64,000 nt of DNA from an uncultured Gemmatimonadales bacterium (GCA_963850905.1 CAWKMU010000003.1:448001-512000); one strand, 5' to 3'. Positions 50,968 through 60,999 are shown, counted from the stretch's first letter. The notes: a model not told the origin generated them from the letters alone. Numbers and translations are program-made.

Positions 50968-51897
50968 CTACGCCGGCTGGCTCGCGGCGCTCGCGGCCGC
51001 GGCGCCGCGGCGCGCCCGAAGCGCCGACCGCATCGCTTCGCCTTCCGGCGAAGCCTTCAGGGGATGGACCGCCAGCATCTGGCGCTCGAGCAGTGCAGAA
51101 GCAGTCTGGGGAATTGGAGGGCGGAACTGGATCCAGACGCGGGCCTTCGTGGGATCCTGCGTGATGTCGATGAGTTGATGCCCGACGGCCTTCGTCGCGA
51201 GGCCCAAGAGTACGTCTTCCTCAACGGTCAGTGCGCGATAGCGATCCGGGATCGCACCCAGGAAGCCTGAGTCGTGAATTGCCCGGAGCGTGTCGCCGTG
51301 CATCCCGCTCAGCGCACCCAGCACGTGCTCGCCCATCGCGTAGCCGTGGCGGCGGGCGAGCGGGAGGTAAGACGCCCAGAACGGGAGGCCGACCCGCACG
51401 GACCGTCGATCCTTGTGGACGCCGACCGGCAGCAAGTCGAGCAGCATGTTGCGGCGCAGCCGGCTAAAGGTGCGTGCTCCGCCGTTGGCCCCAATGCGGT
51501 ACGGCCCGACGACTCCGGGCCCGACGGCGGCGAACCGGCGTCGCATGAGATCGGCGACGCCCGGCGCGATGAGGTAGGTATCCGGATCTATCTTGATGAT
51601 GAGTTCCGGTACGCGCGGCTCGCAGGCGATCGTCTCGAGCAGCGAGAACACCGACGTCGCGATCCCACGGTACCCGCGCCGCTCGGGATTGCGCAGCACG
51701 AGCGCCCCCGGATGAGCCGCCGCCCACCCGGTCAGAATGTCGTGCGTGCCGTCCGTCGTGCAGTCATCGAGCACCCAGATGCCCGCCGCCGGCTCGCACG
51801 CCCGAATGCTGTCGAGCGTGTCGGCCGCAAGCTCGCCCTCGCCAGGGCCGACGACCATCATGAACAACGTCGCGCGAGACGTCGCTGCTGTGCCCAT
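50968..51897 (-). CDS. Glycosyltransferase family 2-like (GT-A)
   Basis: VLDDCTTDGT, NPERRGY and KIDPD (DxD) motifs. Confidence 0.8.
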   Translation of the reverse strand: MGTAATSRATLFMMVVGPGEGELAADTLDSIRACEPAAGIWVLDDCTTDGTHDILTGWAAAHPGALVLRNPERRGYRGIATSVFSLLETIACEPRVPELIIKIDPDTYLIAPGVADLMRRRFAAVGPGVVGPYRIGANGGARTFSRLRRNMLLDLLPVGVHKDRRSVRVGLPFWASYLPLARRHGYAMGEHVLGALSGMHGDTLRAIHDSGFLGAIPDRYRALTVEEDVLLGLATKAVGHQLIDITQDPTKARVWIQFRPPIPQTASALLERQMLAVHPLKASPEGEAMRSALRARRGAAAASAASQPA

Positions 51898-51992
51898 CAG
51901 CCCCGTGAATGAGGCAAGATTCGCGCAACGGCCGCGCGGGCGCGGGGGTAGTGAAGGAATCTTAGCGCGATCCGCCCAGCCACAAGGAAATG

Positions 51993-52020
51993 GGGGCCGG
52001 TGGCATTGGCCACCGGCCCC
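51993..52020. terminator. Hairpin terminator downstream of the truncated receptor copy
   Basis: GGGGCCGGTGGC-ATTG-GCCACCGGCCCC flanked by A/T tracts. Confidence 0.7.
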
Positions 52021-52113
52021 ACTTTTTCCTGGCCCCGCCGTTCAGTTCCCTACTTGCTACTTTCTGTGCTTCTCCTCTCTCGGGCGCGCAGCGCCCGCGC
52101 CCTCACCCCGCTC

Positions 52114-53523
52114 TTAAAAGCCCTGCCGGTATCCGATCATGACGGTCGTGCCGTAATACTCACGCTGGTTGTTCCACGGGTGCAGCGTCGTGCCCGTGAA
52201 AAAGCCGAAGACCGCGTTATTCGATGTTGACCGCTTGGAGCGTCACTGCACTGCGACCGAAGATCGTCCATGCGAACGAGCCGTCGATCTGGAAGTGCGG
52301 ATAGTTGTACACGTCGCCGTTCGTCGGATCGCTCGTGCCGTTCGTGCCGTACTGGTAGATGCTCGACCCTTGATACTGCCCCGTAATCCGCGCCGAGATC
52401 GAGGCTGTAGTCGTACAGAAGCGACAGGTTGAACATGTTCGGGAACTGACGCGGGATCGCCGCGTGTCGGTACGGTGTGTGAGCAAATTGGTTGATCGAG
52501 TCGCCGTTCACTGGATCGTGTAGCCGACATTGAGCGCAAAGGTCGTGTCCTGCGGGACGATCGCGCGTGACTCGACGTGCGTGTAGTTGACGTCGAACCC
52601 GAGGCCACGCAGCGCACCAGGCAAGAAATGCGAAGTGCTGCATGTAGTCGAACTCCACACCCCACAGCGTTGCACTCGGTCCGTTCTGCGGCTGCTCGAC
52701 GTAGGTGTTGGCTTCGCCGTCCGAGAGCGGCCCATTGTAGGCAGCGATGCGATAGAAAATGAAATCATTAATGCTCTTGTAGAACGCCCCAGCAGAAATC
52801 ACGCCGACGCTCGAGAGGTAGTGTTCGCCCAAGAGATCGTAATTCCACGCGTGCTCTGGTTTGAGGTTGGGATTGCCTTCGGTGATAGGAGTCTGGATCC
52901 CGCCTCCTTGGGCACCATCCGCGATGATATCGGGTGCGAGCTGGACGTAGTCAGGCCGGGCAATGCCACGCGTCACCGCGAGCCGGAGATTCGTGTTTTC
53001 GTCGAGTGCGTATTTCAATTGCAGACTCGGGAACAGATCGGTGTACGCACTGGTGCCGTGGACCCGACCAGCGATGTAGGGCGTCGCCGTATCTGACGGG
53101 CCCTGGGTTGCCGCATATCCTACGTAGCCAATATTTGTGTTCTCGACGCGCAGGCCGACGTTGATGTGTAGGGCGTTCACGTCCAAGTTCTGCATGACAT
53201 ACGCGGCGGTCGTCTGCTCCGTCCCGGCAAAAGTCGCTGACGAGTCGGCAACGCCTTGCGGCTGGTACTGCCAGAGCCCCGGGTTGGCCAGCAAGTTCTT
53301 GTTCACAGCGGGAAGGCTCCCGAACGGCGCAAGCTGATAGCAACCGGAGCAGACAGCGCTATAGAAGCCTGGATCATTGTAGTTCGAGAGGAACTGTCCC
53401 AAATTCAAGTTGGAGGTCGGTACGTAAGCTACCGGCACCTCCTCCGAGGCGTGGTCACGCCAGGGCAACGCCGTGCACCGACCTTGCCTTGCCTGGTCCA
53501 CGCTTCCGTCTAGGATGTGTCAC
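52114..53523 (-). pseudogene. Internally deleted, frameshifted paralog of the adjacent TonB-dependent receptor (C-terminal ~430 codons)
   Basis: Collinear with about 53677-54980 (QFLSNY.DPGFY...CYQLAPFG through YYGTT..IGYRQG); indels near 52625, 52515, 52400 and 52222; a possible signal-peptide remnant from GTG 53523. Confidence 0.8.
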
Positions 53524-53601
53524 GCCCTTCGGTGTGTCCCTCCGGCCTTCCAAGCTGAACGTGTTGACGGACCGGCCTTTGTGAACTGCGCGCGGTCCCG
53601 A

Positions 53602-53627
53602 GGGCCGGTGACAATCGCCACCGGCCC
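53602..53627. terminator. Hairpin downstream of the full receptor gene
   Basis: GGGCCGGTG-ACAATCGC-CACCGGCCC, homologous to the hairpin at 51993. Confidence 0.6.
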
Positions 53628-53676
53628 CCGCGTACTGTCGTCCTACCAGACCCCAGACCCCAGACCCGCGCGCGCG

Positions 53677-56600
53677 TTAGAGTCCCTGCCGATAGCCGAG
53701 GAACAAGGTGGTCCCGTAGTACTCCCGTTGGTTGTTCCAGGGGTGCCGCGTGGTTCCGGTGAAGAACCCGAAGACTGCGTTGTTCATGTCCAGCACCTGC
53801 AGTGTGATCGCGCTGCGTGCGAAAACGTTCCACGTCGCCGCGGCATCGATCTGGAAGTGTGCATAGTTGTAGGTGTCGCTGTTCTGCGGGTTGCTCGTGC
53901 CGTTCGAGCCGTACTGGTAGATGCTCGCCGACGTGTACTGCCCGGTGAGCCGCGCGGAGATCGACGAGTAGTCGTACAGCACCGACACGTTGAACAGCGT
54001 GGGGAACTGACGGGGAAGTGGCACGTGTCGGAACGGCTGGCCGGCGAATTGGTTGACGAACTTGCCGGTGTTCGGATCTGTGTACCCGACATCTCCCGAA
54101 GCGGTATCCTGCGGCACGATCGCGCGCGACTCGACGTGCGTGTAGTTGACGTCGAAGCCAAGGCCCCGCAGCGCCCCGGGCAGGAACGTCAGGTGCTGCA
54201 TGTAGTCGAATTCCGCACCCCAGAGGGTCGCGCTCGGACCGTTCTGTGGCTGCGACGCGTAGTATCCGTCATACTGCGTGATCGAACCGTTGTAGAGTTC
54301 CGTCCGATTGAAGATGAAATCGTTGATCGACTTGTAGAAGAGACCACCGGACAGGACACCGACCGACGAGAGATAGTGCTCGGCCAAGAGGTCGTAGTTC
54401 CACGCGTGCTCCGGCTTTAGGCTCGGGTTCCCGAGCGAGATGCCCTGGTTGATGTTGTCCTTGACCGCATCGACTGCGTTGACATCCGGCGCCAGCGATG
54501 CGTAGTCGGGCCGCGCGATGCCGCGAGTGACGGCAAACCGGAGATTCGTATTCTCGTCGACTTCGTACTTGAGCTGCAAGCTCGGGAACAGATCCGTATA
54601 GTTGCTGCTGCCATGCACGCGGACCGGCGAGATCGACGGCGCACTGTCCGGACCGACAGTCGCGTACCCGACATAGCCGACGTTGGTGTTTTCGACACGC
54701 AGTCCCGCGTTCACGTGCAGCCTGCTGATATCTACGGTCTGCATGATATAGCCCGCATTCGTCTCCTCGGTCCCGGCAAACGTGGCAGCCGAGTCAGACA
54801 GACCACTGTTCTGGTACGTCCACGCGCTCGGGTTCCCCACCAGGTTCTGGTTGACAGCGGGGAGGCTCCCGAACGGCGCCAGCTGATAGCAACCCGCGCA
54901 GATGCTACCGTAGAATCCAGGGTCTCTGTAGTTGGACAGGAACTGCGACATCGTCAGGTTGTTGTTCGGCGTATAGCTCGGCTGATAGGACAGGTAGCCT
55001 TTGTGCTGATTTTCGATCTTCACGCCGAACTTGAATGACGCCGGTAACGTCCCGATTTCATAGGGGATGAGCGCGTCGGCTTTGGCGCCGACGATCGCGC
55101 CGGAGTTCTGCTCGTAGTCCGTGTTGAGCGAGCCGAGTTGCCAATTGGCCGGCAGGGCGGCGGCTTCTGACAACGCCGGGTTCAACGAGTAGCGTGGGAT
55201 GAGATTGTTGGCGGAGTACGTGTAGTTGAACGTGCCGCCGGCGCCCGGTCCGCTGCTCGGATTGAAACCGTAGTCGTCTTCGAAGTGCGCGTGCTGGTTG
55301 GCGGTCGACCCCGCATAGTTCGCCGCGTAGGTGAGCTGGACGTTGCCCAGACTCTGCTTGCCGCCGCCGGTGAAGCCCCACGTGTGCTCGATCGGCCCAC
55401 GGTTCGATACAGTGTTGCTGAGCGTCGCCTGTGTTGCCGTCGGCACGCCCGCGATCAGTTGATCTCCCCCAGCTGCGAGATTCGTCTCCCAGCGGTTTGC
55501 CTCATCGAAGAAGGCACTCCACAGACCTTTGAGATAGATCGAAGAGGTCGGCGAAAATCGGTAATCCAGGTCCTGCGCCAACCCGTAGCGTGTTCGGTAG
55601 TAGTTGTACTCACGCTGACTCCACTGACTGGCCTGCACGTGCGTATAGGTCGATCCCGGCACGCCCTCGTACATACCCGTGCCGTTGTCCAGGACTTCGC
55701 CCGTGTACGACGGCTCGACGTCGTTGATTACGCGGTCGGTCCGGTCGATCGAGCCGCTCACCAGAAAGCCAAACTTCTGGTCGGTGCCGAGCCGGCCACC
55801 ATAACTGACGTCTCCGTGACCGTTGTTGTTGCTCAATAGCGTTTGGTAGCCGTAGAGGCCCGAGATGTAGCCTCGTGGAGTGCCTTCGGGCACCTTCGTG
55901 ACCAGGTTCACCGAGCCGCCGATCGCATCGGCGTCAATGTCGGCCGACAAGGTCTTGTTGACCTCAATGGCACCCAGGACGTCCGCCGGTACGTCGTCGA
56001 GCTTCACCGCGCGCACGTCGGTCGCCAGCGTGCCCGGCACGTCTGCACCATCGATCGTGACGTGCTGGAAGTCGGGCGGCGTCCCCCGGATCTCGACGTA
56101 CTTGCCCTCCCCCTCGTCGCGCTCGGCCGTCACGCCAGGTAGCCGGGCGAGTGCCTCCGCGGCGTTGTAGTTCGGGAGTCCGCGGATCTGGTCGCCTGAC
56201 ATCACCGTCATGATGTTGTCGGCTTGCTTCTGCTCCTGCAGCGCACCGGCCACCGTCTCGTTGAGGCGCGGCGAGGTGATCACAACGGTATTGAGTGTTG
56301 TCGGCACGGCCTTGAGTGCAATGTCCGACGTCGTCGTCTGGCCACCCCGGACGCTGACGGCCACCGTGTCGGTCCGGAACCCAATGAAGTGCACCGACAG
56401 CCGATACGAGCCGACCGGCACGTCGGGGATGACGTACGAGCCGTCCGAGCCCGTGTAGCCGCCGTATCGCAGGTTGCCGACGATGCTCACCGACGCGCCT
56501 GCGAGAGGCCGGCCCGCCGAGTCCCGAACGTGCCCGGTGATCGTGCCGTTGTCGGCCGGCGCTGCCGCTTTCGGCTCGAGGCGGACGACACCCGCCCCTG

Positions 56601-56949
56601 TGGGCACGACCGCGATCGACAAGTGCGCCAGCAGCGCAGCGAGGGCGTCCCGCACGGTCATGTTCGTGGCATCCAGCGTGACCCGGCGATCCGCGGGGAT
56701 GACCGCCGCGCTGAACGCGAAGTTCGCCCCGGTCAGATCACCGATGATGTGGAGCGCATCACGCAATGTCAGGTTTTGGATGTGGGTCGAGAACGTCCGA
56801 TCCAGCACGTTGCCCGCCGGCGGTGCCGCCGTCAGCGCCGACGACGCGACCGCGAGCTCCATCTGCGCGCGGAGCGGTGTGACGGCACCTTCCGCGGCAC
56901 CCGCGACGAGCACAGTGAGCGCTGCAGCGGACCACTTACGCCAGGACAT
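53677..56949 (-). CDS. TonB-dependent receptor/transducer with N-terminal signalling (STN-like) and carboxypeptidase-regulatory-like domains
   Basis: Signal peptide; TLRDAL repeats; GTITGHVRD; plug AEALARLPGV...IRG...AIGGSVNL; GNPSLKPE; barrel C-terminus. Confidence 0.93.
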   Translation of the reverse strand: MSWRKWSAAALTVLVAGAAEGAVTPLRAQMELAVASSALTAAPPAGNVLDRTFSTHIQNLTLRDALHIIGDLTGANFAFSAAVIPADRRVTLDATNMTVRDALAALLAHLSIAVVPTGAGVVRLEPKAAAPADNGTITGHVRDSAGRPLAGASVSIVGNLRYGGYTGSDGSYVIPDVPVGSYRLSVHFIGFRTDTVAVSVRGGQTTTSDIALKAVPTTLNTVVITSPRLNETVAGALQEQKQADNIMTVMSGDQIRGLPNYNAAEALARLPGVTAERDEGEGKYVEIRGTPPDFQHVTIDGADVPGTLATDVRAVKLDDVPADVLGAIEVNKTLSADIDADAIGGSVNLVTKVPEGTPRGYISGLYGYQTLLSNNNGHGDVSYGGRLGTDQKFGFLVSGSIDRTDRVINDVEPSYTGEVLDNGTGMYEGVPGSTYTHVQASQWSQREYNYYRTRYGLAQDLDYRFSPTSSIYLKGLWSAFFDEANRWETNLAAGGDQLIAGVPTATQATLSNTVSNRGPIEHTWGFTGGGKQSLGNVQLTYAANYAGSTANQHAHFEDDYGFNPSSGPGAGGTFNYTYSANNLIPRYSLNPALSEAAALPANWQLGSLNTDYEQNSGAIVGAKADALIPYEIGTLPASFKFGVKIENQHKGYLSYQPSYTPNNNLTMSQFLSNYRDPGFYGSICAGCYQLAPFGSLPAVNQNLVGNPSAWTYQNSGLSDSAATFAGTEETNAGYIMQTVDISRLHVNAGLRVENTNVGYVGYATVGPDSAPSISPVRVHGSSNYTDLFPSLQLKYEVDENTNLRFAVTRGIARPDYASLAPDVNAVDAVKDNINQGISLGNPSLKPEHAWNYDLLAEHYLSSVGVLSGGLFYKSINDFIFNRTELYNGSITQYDGYYASQPQNGPSATLWGAEFDYMQHLTFLPGALRGLGFDVNYTHVESRAIVPQDTASGDVGYTDPNTGKFVNQFAGQPFRHVPLPRQFPTLFNVSVLYDYSSISARLTGQYTSASIYQYGSNGTSNPQNSDTYNYAHFQIDAAATWNVFARSAITLQVLDMNNAVFGFFTGTTRHPWNNQREYYGTTLFLGYRQGL

Positions 56950-57030
56950 ACTAAACCTCGCGACTTCGGTGAGAGTGAGTCGAACGTGATCGGGTGGAGA
57001 GAGCGGTCGAGGGCGACCCCAAACGCACGG

Positions 57031-58176
57031 TCATGGCTGCCCCTCGCGCGGCAGCGTGTCAGCGCGCCGGCTGCGCCGACTGGGCCGACTGGGCCGGATC
57101 ACGACCACCCGCCCGGACCGCTCATAGCGGGCACCGACGATGGCCGTGATGTCGTCGAGCACGACGTCCGCCGGTTGGCCGCTGAAGGTGGCCGTGATGG
57201 GCAGCCGTGTGAGCGATGGATCGGCGATCCGGATCTCGAGGTCGAAGCTCCGACCCAGATCGCGCACGGCATCGGCGAGCGGAGTGTCCCGGAACACGAT
57301 GTCCCCCCGCGTCCACGCGATCAGCCCGTCGTCATCGCGCGCCGTCCGCAGTGCCACGTGCCCCTGGTTGTCGATCGTTGCAGCGCCGTCGGGTCGGAGG
57401 GTTGCCGTGGGCGCATCGGTGCCGGGGACGATGAGCGACACCGCGCCCTCGCGCACCGCGACTTGTGTGCGGCGATCGTCGGTGTATGCGCGCACGACGA
57501 AGCGGGTGCCGACGTCGCGCACCGTCGCCCACGGTGTCCGGACGCTGAACGGCCGACGCTCATCGTGTGTCACCGTGAACGACGCCTCGCCATCGAGCGT
57601 GACGACGCGCGCCGACCGCCCGTACTCGCCGTCCACGGTCACGACACTCGCTGGCGCGAGCATGAATCGCGTGCCATCCGACAGCGTGACCGTCTCGCGC
57701 TCGCCCGTCGCGGTGTCGAAGCGACGCGCTGGTGCGGCGTGTCGTGGCAGCTCGCGAATGAGCGCGACGCCAGTGACCAGCGCGACGCTCGCAGCCAGCG
57801 CCCCGGCGAACACCAGGCGCCCACCCACTCGGAACCGCCGCTGCGGCCGCCCCCACGGCGCCCGCGCCTTCGACAACCCGGACCCGCTACGGGCGTCGCG
57901 TGCCTCCGCTGCGCCGGACGTGGCAGGCCACTCGCCCCCGGCGCTTCCGGGCAATCCCAGCCGGCGCGACACGCGCAGCCAGGCGGCATCGGTCGCCACG
58001 GTCGACCGCGTGCTGATATGGGGGGTCTCGCGCGTGATCCTGCGGACCGCGGCCACCCACGCCTGTCGCTCGGGGCTGAGTGCAACCCAGCTCTCGAATC
58101 GCTCGCGCTCCGCCGAGCCCAGCTCGCCGGCGAGGTAACGATCGAGGAGACGCCAGAGGGACGAGTCGTCAGTCAC
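57031..58176 (-). CDS. FecR family anti-sigma factor
   Basis: LDRYLAGE, TM helix, TLSDGT, LDGEASF.V, GTRF.V and WTRG.I.F.DTPL motifs. Confidence 0.92.
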   Translation of the reverse strand: MTDDSSLWRLLDRYLAGELGSAERERFESWVALSPERQAWVAAVRRITRETPHISTRSTVATDAAWLRVSRRLGLPGSAGGEWPATSGAAEARDARSGSGLSKARAPWGRPQRRFRVGGRLVFAGALAASVALVTGVALIRELPRHAAPARRFDTATGERETVTLSDGTRFMLAPASVVTVDGEYGRSARVVTLDGEASFTVTHDERRPFSVRTPWATVRDVGTRFVVRAYTDDRRTQVAVREGAVSLIVPGTDAPTATLRPDGAATIDNQGHVALRTARDDDGLIAWTRGDIVFRDTPLADAVRDLGRSFDLEIRIADPSLTRLPITATFSGQPADVVLDDITAIVGARYERSGRVVVIRPSRPSRRSRRADTLPREGQP

Positions 58177-58267
58177 GTGTCGATGGAAGGCATCTACTCA
58201 CTAGGCACGCGACACGGGCTGATCCCCTATTCGACCTCGCGGGTAACGGGGGGCTAGACGCTAGACG

Positions 58268-58939
58268 CTAGAAAAACTCCGCCAATCCCTGCCGCAGCAT
58301 CTTCAGCGCCCTGGCGATCTGGATTTCGACGGTCTTCACCGACGTCCCCATCTGCTGGGCGACTTCTCGATACGACAGCTGCTGCAGCCACCGCAGGCGA
58401 TACGCCTCTTGGCATCGCGCCGGCAGGCGCGCCACGGTGCTGCGCAGGGCACGCGTGAAATCATCTTCCACCACGCGCGCGTCGGCCGGTTCGGCGCAGA
58501 GCGTCTCGGGACGCGCGAGTCGGTCGGCGACGGTCATGCGTTCCCATCGCTCGGCGAGCCGCTCCCGCCGCACATGATTGAGCGCACGATTGCGCACCGC
58601 ACCGAATAGATACGTCTTGAGCGAGCTGTCGACGACCCAGGTCTCGCGGTGCTGCCACACCCAGCACAACACATCCTGCACGAGCTCATCGACCGTCGCC
58701 GCATCGTGCACGAACTCGCGCGCGAACGCGTGCAGCGGGGCGTAATAGGTGCGAAACATCGCCTCGAATGCCCCAGCGTCGCCCGCGCGAATGCCTGCGA
58801 CCCACGCGGCCTCGCCCTCGGCGACAACAGGCGCGAGCCGGTGCGTCGACGACCACGCGCCACGCGGCGCACTGCTACGTGCCGTCGCATCGGACGCGCG
58901 CCGGCTATTGGTGGGCACAGCGACTGGAAGAGCATTCAT
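58268..58939 (-). CDS. ECF RNA polymerase sigma-70 factor
   Basis: GDAGAFEAMF, ELVQDV, YLFGAVRNRALN, LPARC and LSYREVA...SVKTVE motifs. Confidence 0.92.
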   Translation of the reverse strand: MNALPVAVPTNSRRASDATARSSAPRGAWSSTHRLAPVVAEGEAAWVAGIRAGDAGAFEAMFRTYYAPLHAFAREFVHDAATVDELVQDVLCWVWQHRETWVVDSSLKTYLFGAVRNRALNHVRRERLAERWERMTVADRLARPETLCAEPADARVVEDDFTRALRSTVARLPARCQEAYRLRWLQQLSYREVAQQMGTSVKTVEIQIARALKMLRQGLAEFF

Positions 58940-59110
58940 GTCGACACGCCGGAGCGAAAAACGGTGGCCTCGGATGCGGCGCCATCGTGCTGCTCGCGCC
59001 GCGCTCCTATATTCGCCCGACGGTGCGCAGTTAGCCGTCACGCGCGGGTAACGAGATGCCCGCGGATGCAATGATCACGTCACGAAACGGCAACTACCGC
59101 CGCAAACGCA

Positions 59111-59141
59111 AATCGCCCCGGTCACCGTGACCGGGGCGATT
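59111..59141. terminator. Long perfect hairpin downstream of the DUF4384 gene
   Basis: AATCGCCCCGGTCAC-C-GTGACCGGGGCGATT. Confidence 0.65.
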
Positions 59142-59169
59142 GCTGCGTGACGTTTGTCGCCGTCGTTTC

Positions 59170-59193
59170 GTGGGGCGACGCCAAGCGTCGCCC
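59170..59193 (+). repeat. Variant REP hairpin
   Basis: GTGGGGCGACGCCAAGCGTCGCCC. Confidence 0.65.
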
Positions 59194-59199
59194 TATCGA

Positions 59200-60786
59200 T
59201 CAGCGGTGCCCGCCGCCATGACCGCCGCCCCCGTGGCCGCCACCCATGTGGCCACCACCATTCGACGCCATCCGCGCGTGACCACCGCCACCACCACCAC
59301 CACCACCACCGCCGCCGCTGCGGCCACCGCCTCCCCAGCCGCCGCCACCACCGCGCGGTGCTCGGCCGCCGCCGCCCTCACTACCACGCGGCGCTTCATT
59401 CCCACCGCCATGCGGCGCTTGGTAGCCTTCACCACCCGATCGCTCCTGTGGCTCCACCCGGTACGCACGTGCCGGCGCGCGCACCGCTTCGGCCGGTGAC
59501 GGCCCGCGCATCATCGGCTCCCCAGCCGCACCGCCGACGCGCGTCGCCACTGGGGCGCCACCCATCGGGCGACCCGCGCTCATGTGCTCGGCCGGTCCCA
59601 CCGGCGTCGCACGGTACGCGTGCGCGAGATCGCCGCTCGGCACGACCCGTCCCATGCCAGGCGTAAACGCCGGCCCCGTACTGCGCGTCTGGTGGAACAC
59701 GGTCGCCGCAGCCGGACTGCGGTACAACGTGCTGTGCCCGATCCCGCCAGGTGCCGTCGTCAAGTGTGCGTTCGCGAAGACCGCCGGCCGAGCGACGAAA
59801 CCAGTATGCGCGGCGTAGCCGACGCCACCGAACCGAGCCGGCACGAGCGTGTGCGCCGCGAAGATCGTCGCCCGCGGGCGATACCCGACCACGACCGGCG
59901 CCACAACCACCGGCCGGTGCAAGGGAACGAACCCTGGATAGTAGCCCGGGGCATAGCCGTAGAACGCCGGATAACAGCCGAAGCAGCCACCGAATCCAAA
60001 GCCGAAGCCGACGCCGAATCCGAATCCCGCCCCATAGTACCAGGGGCTGTAGAACGGGTTGTAGGCCCACCATGGCGCAAAGCCGTACGCCGGTCCGTAC
60101 CACGGGTTGTATGCGCCATCATACGGCCCGTACGGCCCCCAATCGGGCGGCATCGCATATCCGCCACCGTCGGGTTGCCCATTCGCGTACGTGTTGTCGT
60201 GGGCATGATGCGGCGTGACGTTGTACGTCACCAGGTCGTAGTCGAAGCGCCCGCCCGCCGCCGCCATCCGCTGCACGACATCCGTGAGCACCGCTTCGGC
60301 GTTGATGTTGCGAGCCGTATCGGGCAACGCGGCCAACGTCCACTGTGCCCCATTCCGGAATGTGTCGAAGTGGAACGGATCCTTGGACACCGCGGCGTAC
60401 ACGGTGCCCGTGCCTCGTGTGCTGCCAACGATGAAGCTCGCGTCCATTCCGGTCCCTTGCACCGCAACGTCCGCATTGGCGCGCACAAAGTCATCGTCGC
60501 CCGGGTTCGTCGGATAGAGTATCCGCACCGCGCCCGCCGGATCGGCGTACAACACGACCAGGTACGAGTCGTCACGCACGTGCACGCGCACGCGCGCGTG
60601 ATCGCCGACGTCGAACACGTTTTGGCTGTTCAGCGTGACTCGCACGGCGGGGTCGTCCGCTGGATCCACCGTGTGCGCCGCGCTCCCGCCCACGGCGCTC
60701 ACAACGCTCGCAACGGACCCGACGGCGGGCGCCGGAACAGCGCCAACCGCACTCGCCAGGACTGCCGCCAGCATTGCCGAAATCAT
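59200..60786 (-). CDS. Secreted DUF4384-like domain protein with Y/P/G-rich region and poly-Gly tail
   Basis: GGAGG RBS, signal peptide, GDHARVRV...YLVVL..DP.G.VRILYP; low-complexity C-terminus. Confidence 0.75.
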   Translation of the reverse strand: MISAMLAAVLASAVGAVPAPAVGSVASVVSAVGGSAAHTVDPADDPAVRVTLNSQNVFDVGDHARVRVHVRDDSYLVVLYADPAGAVRILYPTNPGDDDFVRANADVAVQGTGMDASFIVGSTRGTGTVYAAVSKDPFHFDTFRNGAQWTLAALPDTARNINAEAVLTDVVQRMAAAGGRFDYDLVTYNVTPHHAHDNTYANGQPDGGGYAMPPDWGPYGPYDGAYNPWYGPAYGFAPWWAYNPFYSPWYYGAGFGFGVGFGFGFGGCFGCYPAFYGYAPGYYPGFVPLHRPVVVAPVVVGYRPRATIFAAHTLVPARFGGVGYAAHTGFVARPAVFANAHLTTAPGGIGHSTLYRSPAAATVFHQTRSTGPAFTPGMGRVVPSGDLAHAYRATPVGPAEHMSAGRPMGGAPVATRVGGAAGEPMMRGPSPAEAVRAPARAYRVEPQERSGGEGYQAPHGGGNEAPRGSEGGGGRAPRGGGGGWGGGGRSGGGGGGGGGGGGHARMASNGGGHMGGGHGGGGHGGGHR

Positions 60787-60980
60787 AAAGACGCCTCCTT
60801 CACCTGCTCAAATGGCCCCTGCATACCACTACGCGGAAACCTCAACCTCTGCCGCACTCTTGCCTGCTCCCTCTCTACCACTACTACGAAGATCTCAACC
60901 GTAACGCTTGTGTGCTTGATGTCGTTCCTAACCCTGGACAGTTAACCCCTGATCTACCGGTCCTCGGTCAATCCTTTGAC

Positions 60981-60999
60981 GTCTACTTTCTACTTTCTG
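60981..60999. repeat. CTACTTT heptamer repeat
   Basis: Identical 19-mer to 20539-20557. Confidence 0.7.

Noticed and set aside
53430..53600. Riboswitch or ncRNA between the two receptor copies
   Set aside because: No cobalamin, TPP or other aptamer consensus was recognised; the region is better explained as the leader and N-terminal remnant of the second copy.
52114..54980. Diversity-generating retroelement (template/variable repeat) or shufflon
   Set aside because: In the segment compared by eye, differences affect all bases and are largely synonymous rather than adenine-specific. The copies are direct rather than inverted, and no reverse transcriptase or recombinase is in the window.
59200..59350. 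(ACC/GCC)n tract as a contingency repeat
   Set aside because: It is an imperfect triplet repeat encoding the poly-Gly tail in frame, so slippage would not switch expression.
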